The notes: generated by a model from the sequence alone, not told the origin. Positions 11,623-24,324 are shown, numbered from the stretch's first letter. The stretch is 56,581 bases of DNA from Octopus bimaculoides (GCF_001194135.2 NC_068992.1:11813558-11870138); one strand, 5' to 3'. Made by a program: numbers and translations.

Positions 11623-11867
11623 CACACACACACCACAAACATGTATACATATAAGTGTTACGTATGCATTCGCACATGCACACATACATATGCGAATGCG
11701 TGTATCTGTATGTTATACATGATGGTTACTGTTTTACTACATTTTCTCTAATCGTTTGAGAAAATGTAAGTTAATATAAGAAACTAAAATGAATTCTAAT
11801 ATGTTTCTAATTAAATTTATTCTGCCATAGAATATGAACAAATATAAATGTATTATACCCCCAACCA

Positions 11868-11913
<46 letters not shown>

Positions 11914-12294
11914 CGTAACTACGATGTATTGCTGTTATATCTTAAGATGGAGGCATAATTAAGTGTGCTTGCCTGCGGATTGCATTCATATTTCATTTCG
12001 TATTAAAAGAAAATTATTTTTTTAATGTTATTTCCAGAACAACGACCTCAATTTAATGTTTAAATATTAAAAAAAAAATATATAAAAAATGAAAAAAAAA
12101 ATGAAGATGCAAAATAAAGCGAACACAATTTTAATGCGTATATTTTCGCAGACTAAAGTCGGTAGAATGCTGGATCGTTGATTGAAGAATTGCCTGTTCG
12201 TATCATGTCAACGATCTTTATAGTTTCTGAATGCTTGTAATTCTGTTTACTTAGCTGTAAAACAGTTTTTAAGTAATTGTGAAATGGTTAACAG

Positions 12295-12480
12295 TGAACT
12301 GGTATAATCGTTAGGACGCCGAACAAAATACTTAACCGTCTTTCTTTTTGGCATTACATGCTGGTTTCAAATTCCGCCGAGGTCCACTTCCCTTTTATAC
12401 CCTATTGTAGTCGATAAAATCAGCCCCCTTTTCTGCTCCAAAAATTTCAGACTGTGTGCCCAAAGTTGGCGGGGGAGGGT
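12295..12480 (+). mobile_element. SINE family A, diverged
   Basis: GGTATAATCGTTAGGACGCCGAACAAAAT...TCAAATTCCGCCGAGGTCCACTT...GTCGATAAAAT. Confidence 0.75.
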
Positions 12481-12827
12481 CGGGTGGAAGTATTTGTAAA
12501 TTAGTAAAACAAATAATATGAGTTAGTCTTGGCATCGAAATAGTGTTTGTCCACAATCAAAAGAAAATCTTAATCTAAAATGGATCACCTCTGTATTGAT
12601 AACAGCTATTAATGGCATGATCATGAAGACCCCCTTTGGAAAAGATTAACGAGAGGTAAATAGACAATTATCTTGTTTTCAGTTCATTTAGGATCAGTTC
12701 ATTTCACCCATTATCAAAATGAATCAGTTGTGAAATAGCCCTGTCTTCTTGTCAGTAGTTTAATATAAGTACAAGAAAGGGCTGGTCTCCATAGGAAGAA
12801 GCTTACCAGGCTACATATTATTTAGCG

Positions 12828-13125
12828 TGAAGGTTCTTGGATTTGTAGTTAGCGTATTCGACTCACAATCGTAAAGTCGTGAGTTCGATATCAACACTTT
12901 ATTTCTCATTGTTCCAGTCCACTCAGCTGGAAACAATGTGTTATACCTGTAATTCAAAAGGGGCCGGCCTTGTTACATTTTGTGTCACGCTGAATCTCCA
13001 TGAGAACTACATTAAAGGGATACATGTCTGTAGAGTATTCAACCACTAGCACGTTAACTCCACGAACAAGTTGTTCCGTTGATAGGATCAAATGGAACAG
13101 GCGTCGTCGTTACCGACGGAATGCG
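12828..13125 (+). mobile_element. SINE family C
   Basis: GAGTTCGATATC B box; TTGTTCCAGTCCACTCAGCTGG; tail GTGTCACGCTGAATCTCC...CGTCGTCGTTACCGACGGAATGC. Confidence 0.8.
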
Positions 13126-13373
13126 GTTTAAATAGAGTATAAGAAGCAAACTTAGACAAAAATATCTTAAATGCAAATTAGCTTTGTCCAGCCGAGTGAA
13201 TACAGATTTCTCTTACTAAATACAATACCTTGCAGCCTTCAATTGCAAGAATTCTACCGAGGCGTAGAAGGGTATAAAGGCAAATTTTCGCAACACGTTA
13301 TTCATGACCAGTTCGTTTTATCCATCGTCAAAAATAATTATAATCTAAAATAACTCAGTTCGTTTGATTGTAG

Positions 13374-13406
13374 ATAGATGTCTCTCGACCAGTAGATGTC
13401 GCTGAA
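13374..13406 (+). other. Candidate 33-nt exon (phase 0 IDVSRPVDVAE; phase 1 xRCLSTSRCR-TGA)
   Basis: ttcgtttgattgtag| acceptor, |gtaagt perfect donor. Confidence 0.25.
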
Positions 13407-14891
13407 GTAAGTAGAGTGAACTCTCCTGGGGGAGTGGAACACACCACCACCATCATCACCGTTACCATTAACAACATAACTTTACTCAATGGACTGACTT
13501 AACTACATTACCTTATTTTTCTGAAAGTTTGCTAATCTAGTTTGCATTCAAACTATGATGATGACACTATAGTAACCTATTTCTCTGAGCGTATCGGTGT
13601 TTAGATGGCGGTTTTTGTGGTGGTAGTGGTGGGTCGAGAACTATTAGTCTCTCTCTTTCTTTCTCTCTCGGGCATTAGTGGCTTTTGGCGGGGTATTCGT
13701 GAAAACAACAATGAAATTAAGTAACGAATACTAAATGTTGATACGGATAAACAGGAAAGCTATTTACGTAGATATTTGTGTTTTTGTGTGTATACGTATG
13801 TATGCATGGATGTCTATATGTGCGCATGTGTACATTTGTTTGAAGATACACACACACACAAAACAAATACACACACGTGTATATATATATATATATATAG
13901 TTATATATATATATATATATATATATATATNNNNNNNNNNTATATATATATATATATATAGTTATATGTGTGTACGTGGGTGTACGTGTACGTGAGGAAA
14001 GAAAGAAAGAAGAGGGAAAAAAGAAGGCAGAATAAAAGCAAGATTAGAAGAGCGGAAGGAAGAGAAAAAGAGGGCAGAATGAAAGAGAAAGCTTTAAGAA
14101 GGAAAGACAAACAGGCAAACAGACAGACAGCCCATGAGAAGAGAGAAAATGAGAGACAAAATGGGAGTAAATGTGTAAAAGACTTAGATTTTGTTGCTAA
14201 ATAAAAGCTGGCTGCTCGAACTGTTAAAAATTCCATCAGAATATCTCTTCTGCCAAATGGCACGACAATTTTCTTTATTTGTCTTAGTTTTCGTCATGTA
14301 GAAAAATCTAGAAAATACTGTTACATTAGTAATATCTCACAGTGTGTCCCTTGCGCTAAAAGGTTTTCATGCTGCAACGCCATAATTCACACTGAACGCC
14401 ATCTTTCTTTCCTCTTCCTCCTCCTTCCCTTCTTCTTCTTGTTCTTCTGTTAATTTTCGCAATGGAATATCCTAAGCTCGCCTTTCTTAATCAACTTCAA
14501 AACTTGGTGTTTGCTTTCAAGTCAACAGGGAAGCTTGTGGTGGTGGTCGTGGTGTTATTCGTACAGATTTTAGTAACGTTGGTATGGTCGTTGTTACTGT
14601 TGTTGCTGTCATGGCTGCTGTCAGTTTTGATGATGGTGTCGTTGTTGTGATATTAGCTCCATGGTCAGCTTCAATTGAGTAAACCTATCTATGATTAAAA
14701 GCATTCGATACTATCATCTTTTAGACATAGTGTAACTTGGACTATCATTATCTAATGTCTTCTTTTAAGACGACAGGGTAAGATTTGAAGAAGATTTAGC
14801 TCTTAATTCTAACACAGCGATCCAACGCACATAGTTTATCCTCTTTGGTTCGATAATATTGAATTTTGTTATTAATATATATTATTTTTAA

Positions 14892-14982
14892 GGCGGCGAG
14901 TTAGCAGAATTGTTAGCGCGCCGAACAAAGTGCTTAGCCGCATTTCGTCCGTCATTACGTTCTGAGTGCAAATCCCTCCGAG
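14892..14982 (+). mobile_element. SINE family A, 5' half
   Basis: GGCGGCGAGTTAGCAGAATTGTTAGCGCGCCG...TTACGTTCTGAGTGCAAATCCCTCCGAGG. Confidence 0.8.
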
Positions 14983-15100
14983 GGAGTTGGTGGTGGTGGT
15001 GGTGATCTATTAGCTTTGTTTTTTATTGCCAGCAATCTGTCTTAGGCGGATCCCAAAACCTAATCTTCAACCACAATAACAACATTAATAAAATGATTTC

Positions 15101-15222
15101 AACTTTTGGTTCAAGACCTGCAATTTTGACATCGGCGGAATTTGAACTCGGGATATAAAGCCAGAAGAAATACCACTAAGAATTTTGTCCGACTTGCTAA
15201 CGATTCTAACATCTCATCGCCT
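15101..15222 (-). mobile_element. SINE family A, 5' half, inverted relative to the 14892 copy
   Basis: CGGCGGAATTTGAACTCGG...TTGCTAACGATTCT...TCGCC. Confidence 0.75.
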
Positions 15223-16406
15223 AAGTAGTAGTAAATAATAATAATAATAAGAAGAAGAAGAAGTAGAAGAAGAAGAAGAATTTCTTTTATTGACCACAAG
15301 ATCCCAAATACTTCTAGAAATTCTATTTGTAATAAAGTGATCGATAATATTGTTAGAAATATAGAATAAGCGAATCCAGAGATAAAGTTTTCGCTGACGT
15401 AACGTTGCTAACAATGCTTACTTCTAAACATATGACTGGAATAATGTACCCCCTCCTCCTCCTCCTCCCCCTCCACCTCCNNNNNNNNNNACTTCTAAAC
15501 ATATGACTGGAATAATGTACCCCCTCCTCCTCCTCCTCCACCTCCTCGCCGTTCACCATCTTCTTTACCATCTCTCTTGTATATCATTTTCTTTATCTTC
15601 TCTTCTCTTTGCAAACTCCTCCTCCTCCCGCTTCTGCTATTACTTCGAATTCCTTTTGATCTCTCACACACAACATGTATTCCCTGTCTTGCGGACGAGA
15701 GAGAGAAAAGAAAGGAATTGGTTTAATATGAATTTATGGAAGTATGGAAGCAAAGATTAGTTGGCATAGAATTCTTTGAATTTGTGATATTCTTGCGATA
15801 TAACTATCATCAAATTCTTCATAAATTCAACACAACACAGCATAATACAACAGACACAAACATAGTAGCTGAAACCGACTATTGTTATTGTTGTTGTTAT
15901 TTTAACCCCAAGTCAGCTCTGATAGATCAGTCCTATGGTTAGTGGGATTCCTACCGTGACTAACCTATCAGATTATATTTTTCTTTACCTTTCTTTTCTT
16001 TTTGTTTTGTTTTGTTTTGTTTCAGGAATAACGTAACCCGAAACAAATTTATCAATTTTTTTTCACGTAATATACTCAAACGCAGCTACTTTTTTTTTTA
16101 CATAGAACTCACGAAATCCTGGGGTCCATGAAAATATAAAAGAGGAAATGCGTTCAGAATTAACGAACTTTAAACGAACATTTGACAAACCTGGGATCAG
16201 TTGGAACATTATTTTCAATAAATGGGGTACTTGATGGTGAAAAGGTAGCATACTATTACAATAGTATGTGATTTGAGGAAAATTTGGTTAATATATCAAG
16301 TAGTTTGGACGTCCACGTGTCTGAAGTACAAAAGGGCATGAAGCTGATAGAGGAACACAGGTCGTGATGGATCATACCTGTATCCACTATACATACATAT
16401 ATAAGT

Positions 16407-16520
16407 ACATACGCTAAACTACTGAGAAATCTGCAGTTATTCTATCCAGATTACAAGTTCAGGTTTATACCTGCAATTATTGGGACCCTGGGATATGTAC
16501 CACACTGCCTAAATACTAAT
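16407..16520 (+). mobile_element. Non-LTR retrotransposon fragment, R4/Dong-like restriction-type endonuclease C-terminus
   Basis: TYAKLLRNLQLFYPDYKFRFIPAIIGTLGYVPHCL (PxxIGxLG motif); a second copy lies at 32027. Confidence 0.75.
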
Positions 16521-16664
16521 CATTTCGTTATATGTGTTAAAAACACAATATTCATCGAAAGGAGACGAAAGTTGTGTTTATATTGCATGTCTATGAAGAG
16601 CATTATCTTCCCAGTTTCGTGCTCTGCAACGGTGTATATACATTTAGTATGATACGCAAATGTG

Positions 16665-16985
16665 AAGGTGCATGGATCAGTGGTTAGAGTACCGGAATCA
16701 CAATCATGAGATAGAGAGTTCGATTCCCGGACCAGGTTGTGAGCTGTGGTCTTGAACAAGACACTTTATTTCACGTTGCTCCAGTTCACTCAGCTGTAGA
16801 GAAGAGTTGCGACATCACTGGTGCCAAGCTGTGTCAGACTGGCGCTTCCTTAGGATAACATCGGTGGGGAGACTGGCATGCATGGGCAACTGCTGGCCTT
16901 GCCCAGATTTGTGCCGTGGAAGGTAACTTTCTGGGTGCAATCCCGTGGTCATTCATAACCCAATGGGGTCTTTATCCTTATTCTT
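16665..16985 (+). mobile_element. SINE with family C head/body and a different tail
   Basis: TGCATGGATCAGTGGTTAGAG A box, GAGTTCGATTCCCGGACC B box, TTGAACAAGACACTTTATTTCACGTTGCTCCAGTTCACTCAGCTG, then a tail unrelated to the 6358 copy. Confidence 0.8.
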
Positions 16986-17269
16986 TTACCCTTTTTTTAT
17001 GATACACAAATAGCGATGTATATATGTATTGGCCTGTTCACCTCGCCAGTGGAGTGGCATCGTCCGAAAGCTAACGCGATGCAAAGCGTATTGTGAACAA
17101 CGATATATAATAGCATCCGACAGTTTATTCGATCACATGATCACGTGATACCTACATATTCGTATGCGTGTGTGTGTGTGTGTAAGGCTCTAATAACAGC
17201 TTGTTGTTTAGGCATACGGCCAGGGATTTGGGGAGCAAAAGGTTATTCCGATTATATTGAAATCTGTAC

Positions 17270-17612
17270 TTGATTGACATTTTATTTCATCGACTCCAGA
17301 TGAATGACAAGCAAAGCTGAACTTGGCGGGATTTGAACTTAAAACGTAAAAGACTTAAAAACATATTGCAAAACATCTTTTTTCCTATGCTCTACGACCA
17401 AAACAGTAATAATGGTTTCCAGCTAACAAATTCGGTGAGAAGAGCTTAATTAGTTGATTCCGTTTAACTCAGCATTTAACTAGTTTCTTATTTTATCGAT
17501 CCGGTAAGGATGAAAAGAGGAAATGGTCAAGGCTGAATTTGAACTGAGAACGAAAAGTTGAACGGAAGAGAATTCGCAAAGCATTTCGTCTGATACCCCA
17601 GGGTCTTAGGAT
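17270..17612 (-). mobile_element. Two degraded SINE family A copies (about 17270-17400 and 17480-17612)
   Basis: GGCGGGATTTGAACTTAAAACGTAAA and GGCTGAATTTGAACTGAGAACG. Confidence 0.65.
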
Positions 17613-18671
17613 TTTTGATGATGATGATGATGATTAATGTTATGAGTCGCTTGGGGCCAAGATTTAGGGATAATAGAAAGTCGAAGTATAACAGAAAACA
17701 AATGAAAAAAAACCCAGAAGATTTACATAGAGTGACAAAAAAAGTAAGCAAAAACAAAAAAAGGCTGTGATCAACAATACCAATAAAGACACATTAACAA
17801 ATATATAAGAATGAAGAGCGATAACAATATAGAGCAACAAAGCAATAATAAGCAAAGATTTGAAAAAATATCGTTGGGAGAAGAAAAAGCCACACAGAAT
17901 AATTCATGATACCACATTTATACATCTGCGGATTACTTTGGTACACACCAAAAGCAAATTGCCTTTTCGCTGTTCTTACCGCAACCAATCTACAGTCATA
18001 GAGTTTTGGAACCGGTCCATTTAACCGCACCAATCTCACGTTCTAATTCTTTGATCTTCACTGACATTGCTAAAGTGTGGAGATTTACTCTTCAGAAAAC
18101 TAGAAAATTATTATCAACAGTTTTCTTGTTTGATAGAAAACATTCTCCACCCATTTTTTTTTCTTACAAATATTGATATCTTGGTTGTTTCTCCTGTTAT
18201 CAAACATGTTTTTGTTTTGTTTCTTAATCTTCTACATGTTCTGGTTTTTCCTGTTGCTCCTATTGTTATTGGGCTTCTCCATATACATTCGCTTACTGCC
18301 ACCACTACTGTTACTACATCCACAACCATTACCACCACCACCACCCGTACCACCACCGCTACGACTAATACTCTGTTCTCTCTTTTCTAGAAGCTTGCCA
18401 AGGAACTTATTCCAGTCAGCATCATTTTCATTACCATTACGTACACAATATAAGCTCACACATACATATATACACACGCACACACATACACACACGCACA
18501 CATACACACATGCACACACACACCCAAGGTGTATATGTGTGTGCGGCATATTACAAATATATTCATCGTGTTGTTCATATTAGTCATGTATTCATACACA
18601 CTTCGATTATCTACTCCTCCTACTGATTTCCAATTCATTCCTTTATCGATCTCTTCATTTCCCCACTTCTT

Positions 18672-18709
<38 letters not shown>

Positions 18710-18722
18710 ATTCTTTCGCCCG

Positions 18723-18753
<31 letters not shown>

Positions 18754-19375
18754 CCTCTCCCACTCTGTGTGTTTCTGCGTATATGGTGTGTACGTGTCTA
18801 TACCTGGTGAGTGGAGTCGCGCTTCCATACACCAGAAATATAAGACAGCCAGTCTATAAACGAGGACCGATAAAGAGAGTACATGATCGAAAGAAAGTAC
18901 AGAGGTCAATACGGTCACCTAAAACTCTGAAATGCAAAGTTCCATCATAGACCCAATCAAACAAGTTAAACCATTAAAATACAAACATTATGTATAAACA
19001 AATTATTTTCCCTATGAATTTTGTGGGGAGCAGATTTTCTCGGTGCTTTCAATTCTACTATTTGTCTTAGAGACAAATATCACTTCTCTGTGCATTCTTT
19101 CATGCCCTATGGATGGAATTCTGTCGGGAAAAAGTGTAAACCTCATGGGAAAACATTGTGAAAATCAACAATGATCCTCTAGTATATGTGCCTCAATCTT
19201 GAGGTGCAAGTTATGAGGTGGGAAGCCGGGTAGTGTTAGGCTATTCAAGAATTCAACTGGGTAATTCACAGTAAAAAACTGGATGTTTGCATGTTTGGAA
19301 AGTTTCACGAAAATTCGTTAATGAGTGTAGACGGCAACTTGACACAAACAGACATCCAAACAGACAACTTACGTT

Positions 19376-19429
<54 letters not shown>

Positions 19430-19479
19430 ACCTTACGGTAATACTCTGAGATATGCTTGTTCTTTACTCTCTTTTATTG

Positions 19480-19612
19480 TCTCACCTCAACTATCGTTTC
19501 CATAGAAAAGCGTAGGATCGAAACGTCGAACACGTCTTACAATTTCTAGCGCGTCAAAACTAATACACCCTGTTCGTTTATTTACCGTTTCGTTTTTTAT
19601 ATTTGTGTACCA
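19480..19612 (+). mobile_element. Degraded relative of the Penelope-like short terminal-repeat family at 50587
   Basis: GAAAAGCGTAGGATCGAAACGTC...AGCGTCAAAACTAATAC resembles GAAGAGCGTAGCTCGAAACGTC...GAGCGTCATACTAATA. Confidence 0.5.
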
Positions 19613-20306
19613 TATGTGTGCGCGTCTGTGCGTGCTTTTGTGTGTTTATTGCCTCTGTTTATGTTGCTGTTAATACTGCAAATTCGTGCAGTTGATGTCG
19701 ATAATTTCCCTGCTCGTATTGTTGTCGTTGTTGTTGTTGCCATTGAGCTTCAACCTTTCTTTGCAATTGTCGTTATTGTAATTCTTGCTACAACTGTTCT
19801 TGTAACTTGCCTTCTTTGCTTTTGCTCCGGCTTCCCGATGTTGTTGAGGTTGTTGATGTTTGTTGTCGTCATCAACATGATGTTTGTTGGTGCTGTTTTG
19901 TTGTTGCTGCTGCTGTTGCTATCGTCAACATCAGTGTTGTTGTTGTTTTTGGTTAAATGTGATTACTTTACTCGAGATCCTGCCACCCAACGTCATCTTC
20001 CTTCACCAGATGTGAAATGGAACGACTGAATCAATGCTCCATCCCCCACACTCCCACCTCATTCCTCTCCGACTGCACAACTGCATAGCTGAAACCTTAG
20101 GTATCGAGGTATCAAGGTACAGCAGACTTTTCAGCGATGTAACACAAAACACACACGTTGCTTTGGAGATGAGGTTTCGAATGATGATCGAATTTTCAAT
20201 AGATTTATTTGATATTTTTTTCCTTCTATTTTCGTTCTAAAATTCTGATATCTTCTTGTATTTCTCTGTGCATACGTGTGTGTATCTTTGTGCATGCGCG
20301 CTGGCA

Positions 20307-20343
<37 letters not shown>

Positions 20344-20606
20344 GCATTTATGAGTGTTTGTGTTTGTGTGAGTGTTTGTGTGTGTTTGAAGGTAAGGTGA
20401 GTGTATACATATATATATGTGTAGAGAGAGAGAGGGAGGGAGAGAAAGGGAGAGAGGGAGAGGGAGAGAGAGAGAGAGGGGGAGAGAGAGATTGTATATA
20501 TATATATGTGTGTATATTATTGTGCGTTACACGCATGTATGTATGTATATGTGCATGTACGGGTGTGTGTACACATGCATGTTTTTGTGTGTATAAATAT
20601 ATATGA

Positions 20607-20638
<32 letters not shown>

Positions 20639-20789
20639 GTTTTGAATATGACTGTTGGCCGTATGCAGAAGTGGCTGAATGTACTCGCGTATTTATACTT
20701 TTGTGTATGAATGTAAGCTTGAATGCAAGAATATGCGTATGTGTTTGCGTGTGTCTGCGTATGTTTATTAGTGTATGAAGTTGCGCCAG

Positions 20790-20892
20790 TCTCTCTCTCT
20801 CTCTCTCTTATTCTCTCTCTCTCTCTTATTCTCTCTCTCTCTCTTATTCTCTCTCTCTCTCTCTCTTATTCTCTCTCTCTCTCTTATTCTCT
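20790..20892. repeat. Minisatellite of (CT)n-TATT units (about 5 copies)
   Basis: Seen directly. Confidence 0.9.
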
Positions 20893-21247
20893 CCTTCTAT
20901 GCATATGATTCTAAGTCTGATTATGCGTGTATGTGTGTGTGTGTGTGTGTGCGTGCATGTGCACGTGAGTGCTACAGTGTGTGTGTGTGTAAAGGTGGAC
21001 GGGTGGTGATTGTATTGGTAGGAAACGATATTTTGTTCTTATCCTCAAACGAGAAAACTGTAAGCCATAACAATAACAAAACAAAAAAAAACTAGAAAAA
21101 AAAAACATAACACCAACAATGTTACGCACGACTCCAGTCACATGACCGTCACTCTCATAATCCCCTCCCCCTCTACCTCATCAGTATTAGTAACTCCGTC
21201 AACGTCATTAGCAGAATGATTATTGACGAATTTAACAATACCAACAT

Positions 21248-21311
<64 letters not shown>

Positions 21312-21326
21312 GCCGTTGCTGCGCAG

Positions 21327-21370
21327 CTCCCAACGGCAAACTCATTGAGGCGTGTGGGCTTCTGAAGGAT
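21327..21370 (+). CDS. Candidate 44-nt exon (xPNGKLIEACGLLKD, phase 1 to 0)
   Basis: gccgttgctgcgcag| after (TAC)n; GAT|gtgagt donor; GC-rich island. Confidence 0.2.
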
Positions 21371-21490
21371 GTGAGTGATTGATTGAGTGACCGAGAGATC
21401 GATAGATAAATAGACACAGATATATTGATTGATGTTGGCAGATAGACAGACAGATAGATAGATATATAGATAGATAGATAGATAGACAGA

Positions 21491-21546
<56 letters not shown>

Positions 21547-21548
<2 letters not shown>

Positions 21549-22028
21549 TTCTTTATTAGCCACAAGGGGCCGAATACAGAGGGGACAATACAATGTAGAA
21601 TTTTCCTTTTTGAAAACTTTTTATCAAAAGGGATGGAAAACGTTTTGGGACATGTACATAAGGAAATAACAAAAGTGTCGTTTTTAACTATTGGAGTTCC
21701 CAACAGGGTGAGTAAATGTAACATTGACTAAGTTTATCTGTGGAAAGAAAATCCTACGAAAAAGAACCACGGTAACCTCGGAAACGAAAAAAAATTAATT
21801 AAAAATAACATGAGAGCAAAGCACTCTTTCTCTCTTTGTTTTATGCAATCATGCTCAAGGTGTTTCCGTCATTCATGCGTACCATCCTTGCCACATTCAC
21901 CCACCTTTTGTTAAACTTTACATCAGACAAAACTTTCTGTATTCTCACCTTCCTTTTCAAGTAATACTTGAAAAAGTTGATGTGAGGTTGGCCAGAGCGG
22001 AAGTGTTTGTCTCCATACCTTTGAAACG
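21547..22028 (-). mobile_element. 5'-truncated L1/Tx1-like LINE 3' end embedded in (GATA)n
   Basis: C-terminal peptide ...HINFFKYYLKRKVRIQKVLSDVKFNKRWVNVARMVRMNDGNTLSMIA* (stop 21841-21843); about 290-nt 3' UTR ending CCCCTTGTGGCTAATAAAGAAAT; (ATCT)n on both sides. Confidence 0.7.
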
Positions 22029-22070
<42 letters not shown>

Positions 22071-22959
22071 ATGGATAGAAAGATAGATAGATAGATAAAT
22101 GGATAGATAGATATAGATTGGTAAGAACCTGGGTATATCGGTAAACGTGAAATAGATACACAGGAGTAACGACAAGGTGATATATAGACAGATAGGCAAA
22201 CAGGACGAATTATATTTAAATATTATGCTTAATTTGAAAACTGTGCAAACAAGCACATATCCCATCTAACACCACTCTCTCTCACACACATACACCCACA
22301 ATAAAGAATAAGCTAATGTATTCCTATAGAGTGTGTCTCCATGTTTGAGTCAAACGTATATAGAAGCAAAAGAATGGTGTATTGAATGCATGTGTCAGAC
22401 TCTTGTTCGCGTAGATCATGAAGTCTTGCCTTTAACTTTAGTTTTGAAAATATTTTCAGAAGAATTAACAGGCATTATTTATTGGCTGGAATGAGACGGC
22501 TGAGGATTTGAACAGTGTTCCGGCTATTACCTTCCAGTTCATGAATTTACAAAAGATTGCGACTAATATTGTTCTAGAAGTAAACTTCTCCAGTATTTCT
22601 ATTTTGGCTTGTAGATTTTTGCTGCTTTGTATTTTCAATGCTCTTTAGACTGTTTTGTCCAGTCCTATGCATCGTTCGGCCATGAAAATATCGCCTTTGT
22701 TCATACCTTTTTCTCTATATTCTAATGGTAGGCCTGTCACTTGTTTTCGTGCTTTTATGTAGACGGTTTTCTTCCACTATTTTGCTTTCTGTTTTCTTTG
22801 AAAGATACATACTGTTGCTTTATATCATCTGTGCCGAGCTGGAGCAGATAAGAGCAATAGCCAGCTGTCTCTCATTCGGACTATTGGTACAAATCTTTGT
22901 CAGTAGTTTTGTTCACATCATATTGTTTGCTACCTTTTGTGCGTGTGTAAGTATTAAAT

Positions 22960-23330
22960 GGAGGTGCAATGGCCCAGTGGTGAGGGCAGCGGACTCGCGG
23001 TTTCGATTCCCAGACCGGGCGTTGTGAGTGTTTATTGAGCGAAAACACCTAAATCTCCACGAGGCTCCGGCAGGGGATGGTGGTGAACCCTGCTGTACCC
23101 TTTCACCACAACTCTTTCTCCCTCTTTCTTCCTGTTTCTGTTGTGTCTGTAATTCAAAGGGCCATCCTTGTCACACTGTGTCACACTGAATATCCCCGAG
23201 AACTACGTTAAGGGTACACGTGTCTGTGGAGTGCTCAGCCACTTGCACGTTACTTTCACGAGCAGGCTGTTCCGTTGATCGGATCAACTGGAACCCTCGA
23301 CGTCGTAAGCGACGGAGTGCCAACAACAAA
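22960..23330 (+). mobile_element. SINE family B, full length, with a 14-nt deletion in the tRNA head
   Basis: Very similar to the 34404 copy; TCATAGGATCGCGG is lost between two TCGCGG microhomologies. Confidence 0.92.
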
Positions 23331-23504
23331 AGGTATTATGTACTTATGTATGTATATTTCTCCTATGGATCTATTGTAGTTCTTATGTATGCATGTTTGT
23401 CCTCTCCCACTCTTTCTCTCCATCTATCTATCTCTGTATGTGTGTGAGTGTGTATAAATGTATAAACGCACACGCACGCATATATATATATATACTTATA
23501 TGTA

Positions 23505-23722
23505 CGAGGGTGTGCTGATATGTTCGAGACTTTAAGGGGATCGTGAAAGGCCTGGTTGGAAACTCCAGCATTCCGAGTTCTTTTACAGGGCCTCCTACAA
23601 CTGAAGGACCGTTGCTATAACTGAGTGAATCTAAAAGGGGAATATGTTGAATAAAATCATAATTAACTGAACCTCTCGTATTTTCTTTTATGCAAAGCCA
23701 GGAACTTTTCAGCACCCCCTCG
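23505..23722 (+). mobile_element. Mariner-derived MITE (218 bp) with TIRs and TA target duplication
   Basis: TA|CGAGGGTGTGCTGATATGTTCGAGACTTT ... AAAGCCAGGAACTTTTCAGCACCCCCTCG|TA; internal remnant VNLKGEYVE* is a mariner transposase C-terminus. Confidence 0.9.
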
Positions 23723-24324
23723 TATGTATATCTATGCGTATGAATCTACATTACATGTACACACACACATGCACACATGCACACACACGCACAGAAATAT
23801 ATCAACCTATATGTATATGTGTAAATGTTTGTGTATGTTTGTGGTGAAAGTCAACACACGCTCACTCAGAAATAAAGACGGGACAAGAACGAAATGAGAA
23901 TAATATTAGTCAGATTCCCATAGCTTTTTGGACATATTCCACCTTCTTCAAAACAGGGTGTAGAATTAAAAGAGAGAAGCAAGGACAAGGGAAAAACAAA
24001 AAAAAAAAAACAACAGAACTTGAATAATAAATAAAACGTATAATCAAGGTGAAAATATCCTCACGGACATTGCTTACGGTCTGGCCATTGATTTTTATGC
24101 ACGTGAAACTATATGTTAACGAAGGTTAACAACTTTATATTATGAAGATCAGTGATCGGTGCTTTTGGAGTTAATAAAATGGCAATTAAAGATTTAGTTT
24201 TCTATTTCTTAATTTGGAAGGTAAATTAACTGGATTAACGTTTCAGACAACACCGATAATTTTGCAAAGATCAGAAAATGATCGCTGTCAAGCTATGGTA
24301 GGGTACAAACACAGACACATAAAT

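Noticed and set aside
15419-15545. Direct repeat of about 55 bp on either side of a 10-N gap
   Set aside because: Typical unmerged contig overlap, i.e. an assembly artefact.
16106-16230. Open frame NSRNPGVHENIKEEMRSEL..., resembling a cytochrome P450 J helix
   Set aside because: No ExxR/K-helix continuation and a weak donor; likely coincidence.
18804-18853. Minus-strand 50-nt exon candidate (xWLSYISGVWKRDSTHQ)
   Set aside because: Isolated, not 3n, opposite strand to the other candidates, no supporting partner exons.
21959-22028. Apparent minus-strand exon YGDKHFRSGQPHINFFKYYLKRK with a gtgaga donor
   Set aside because: The frame continues to a LINE-like C-terminus and 3' UTR; better explained as the Tx1/L1 fragment.
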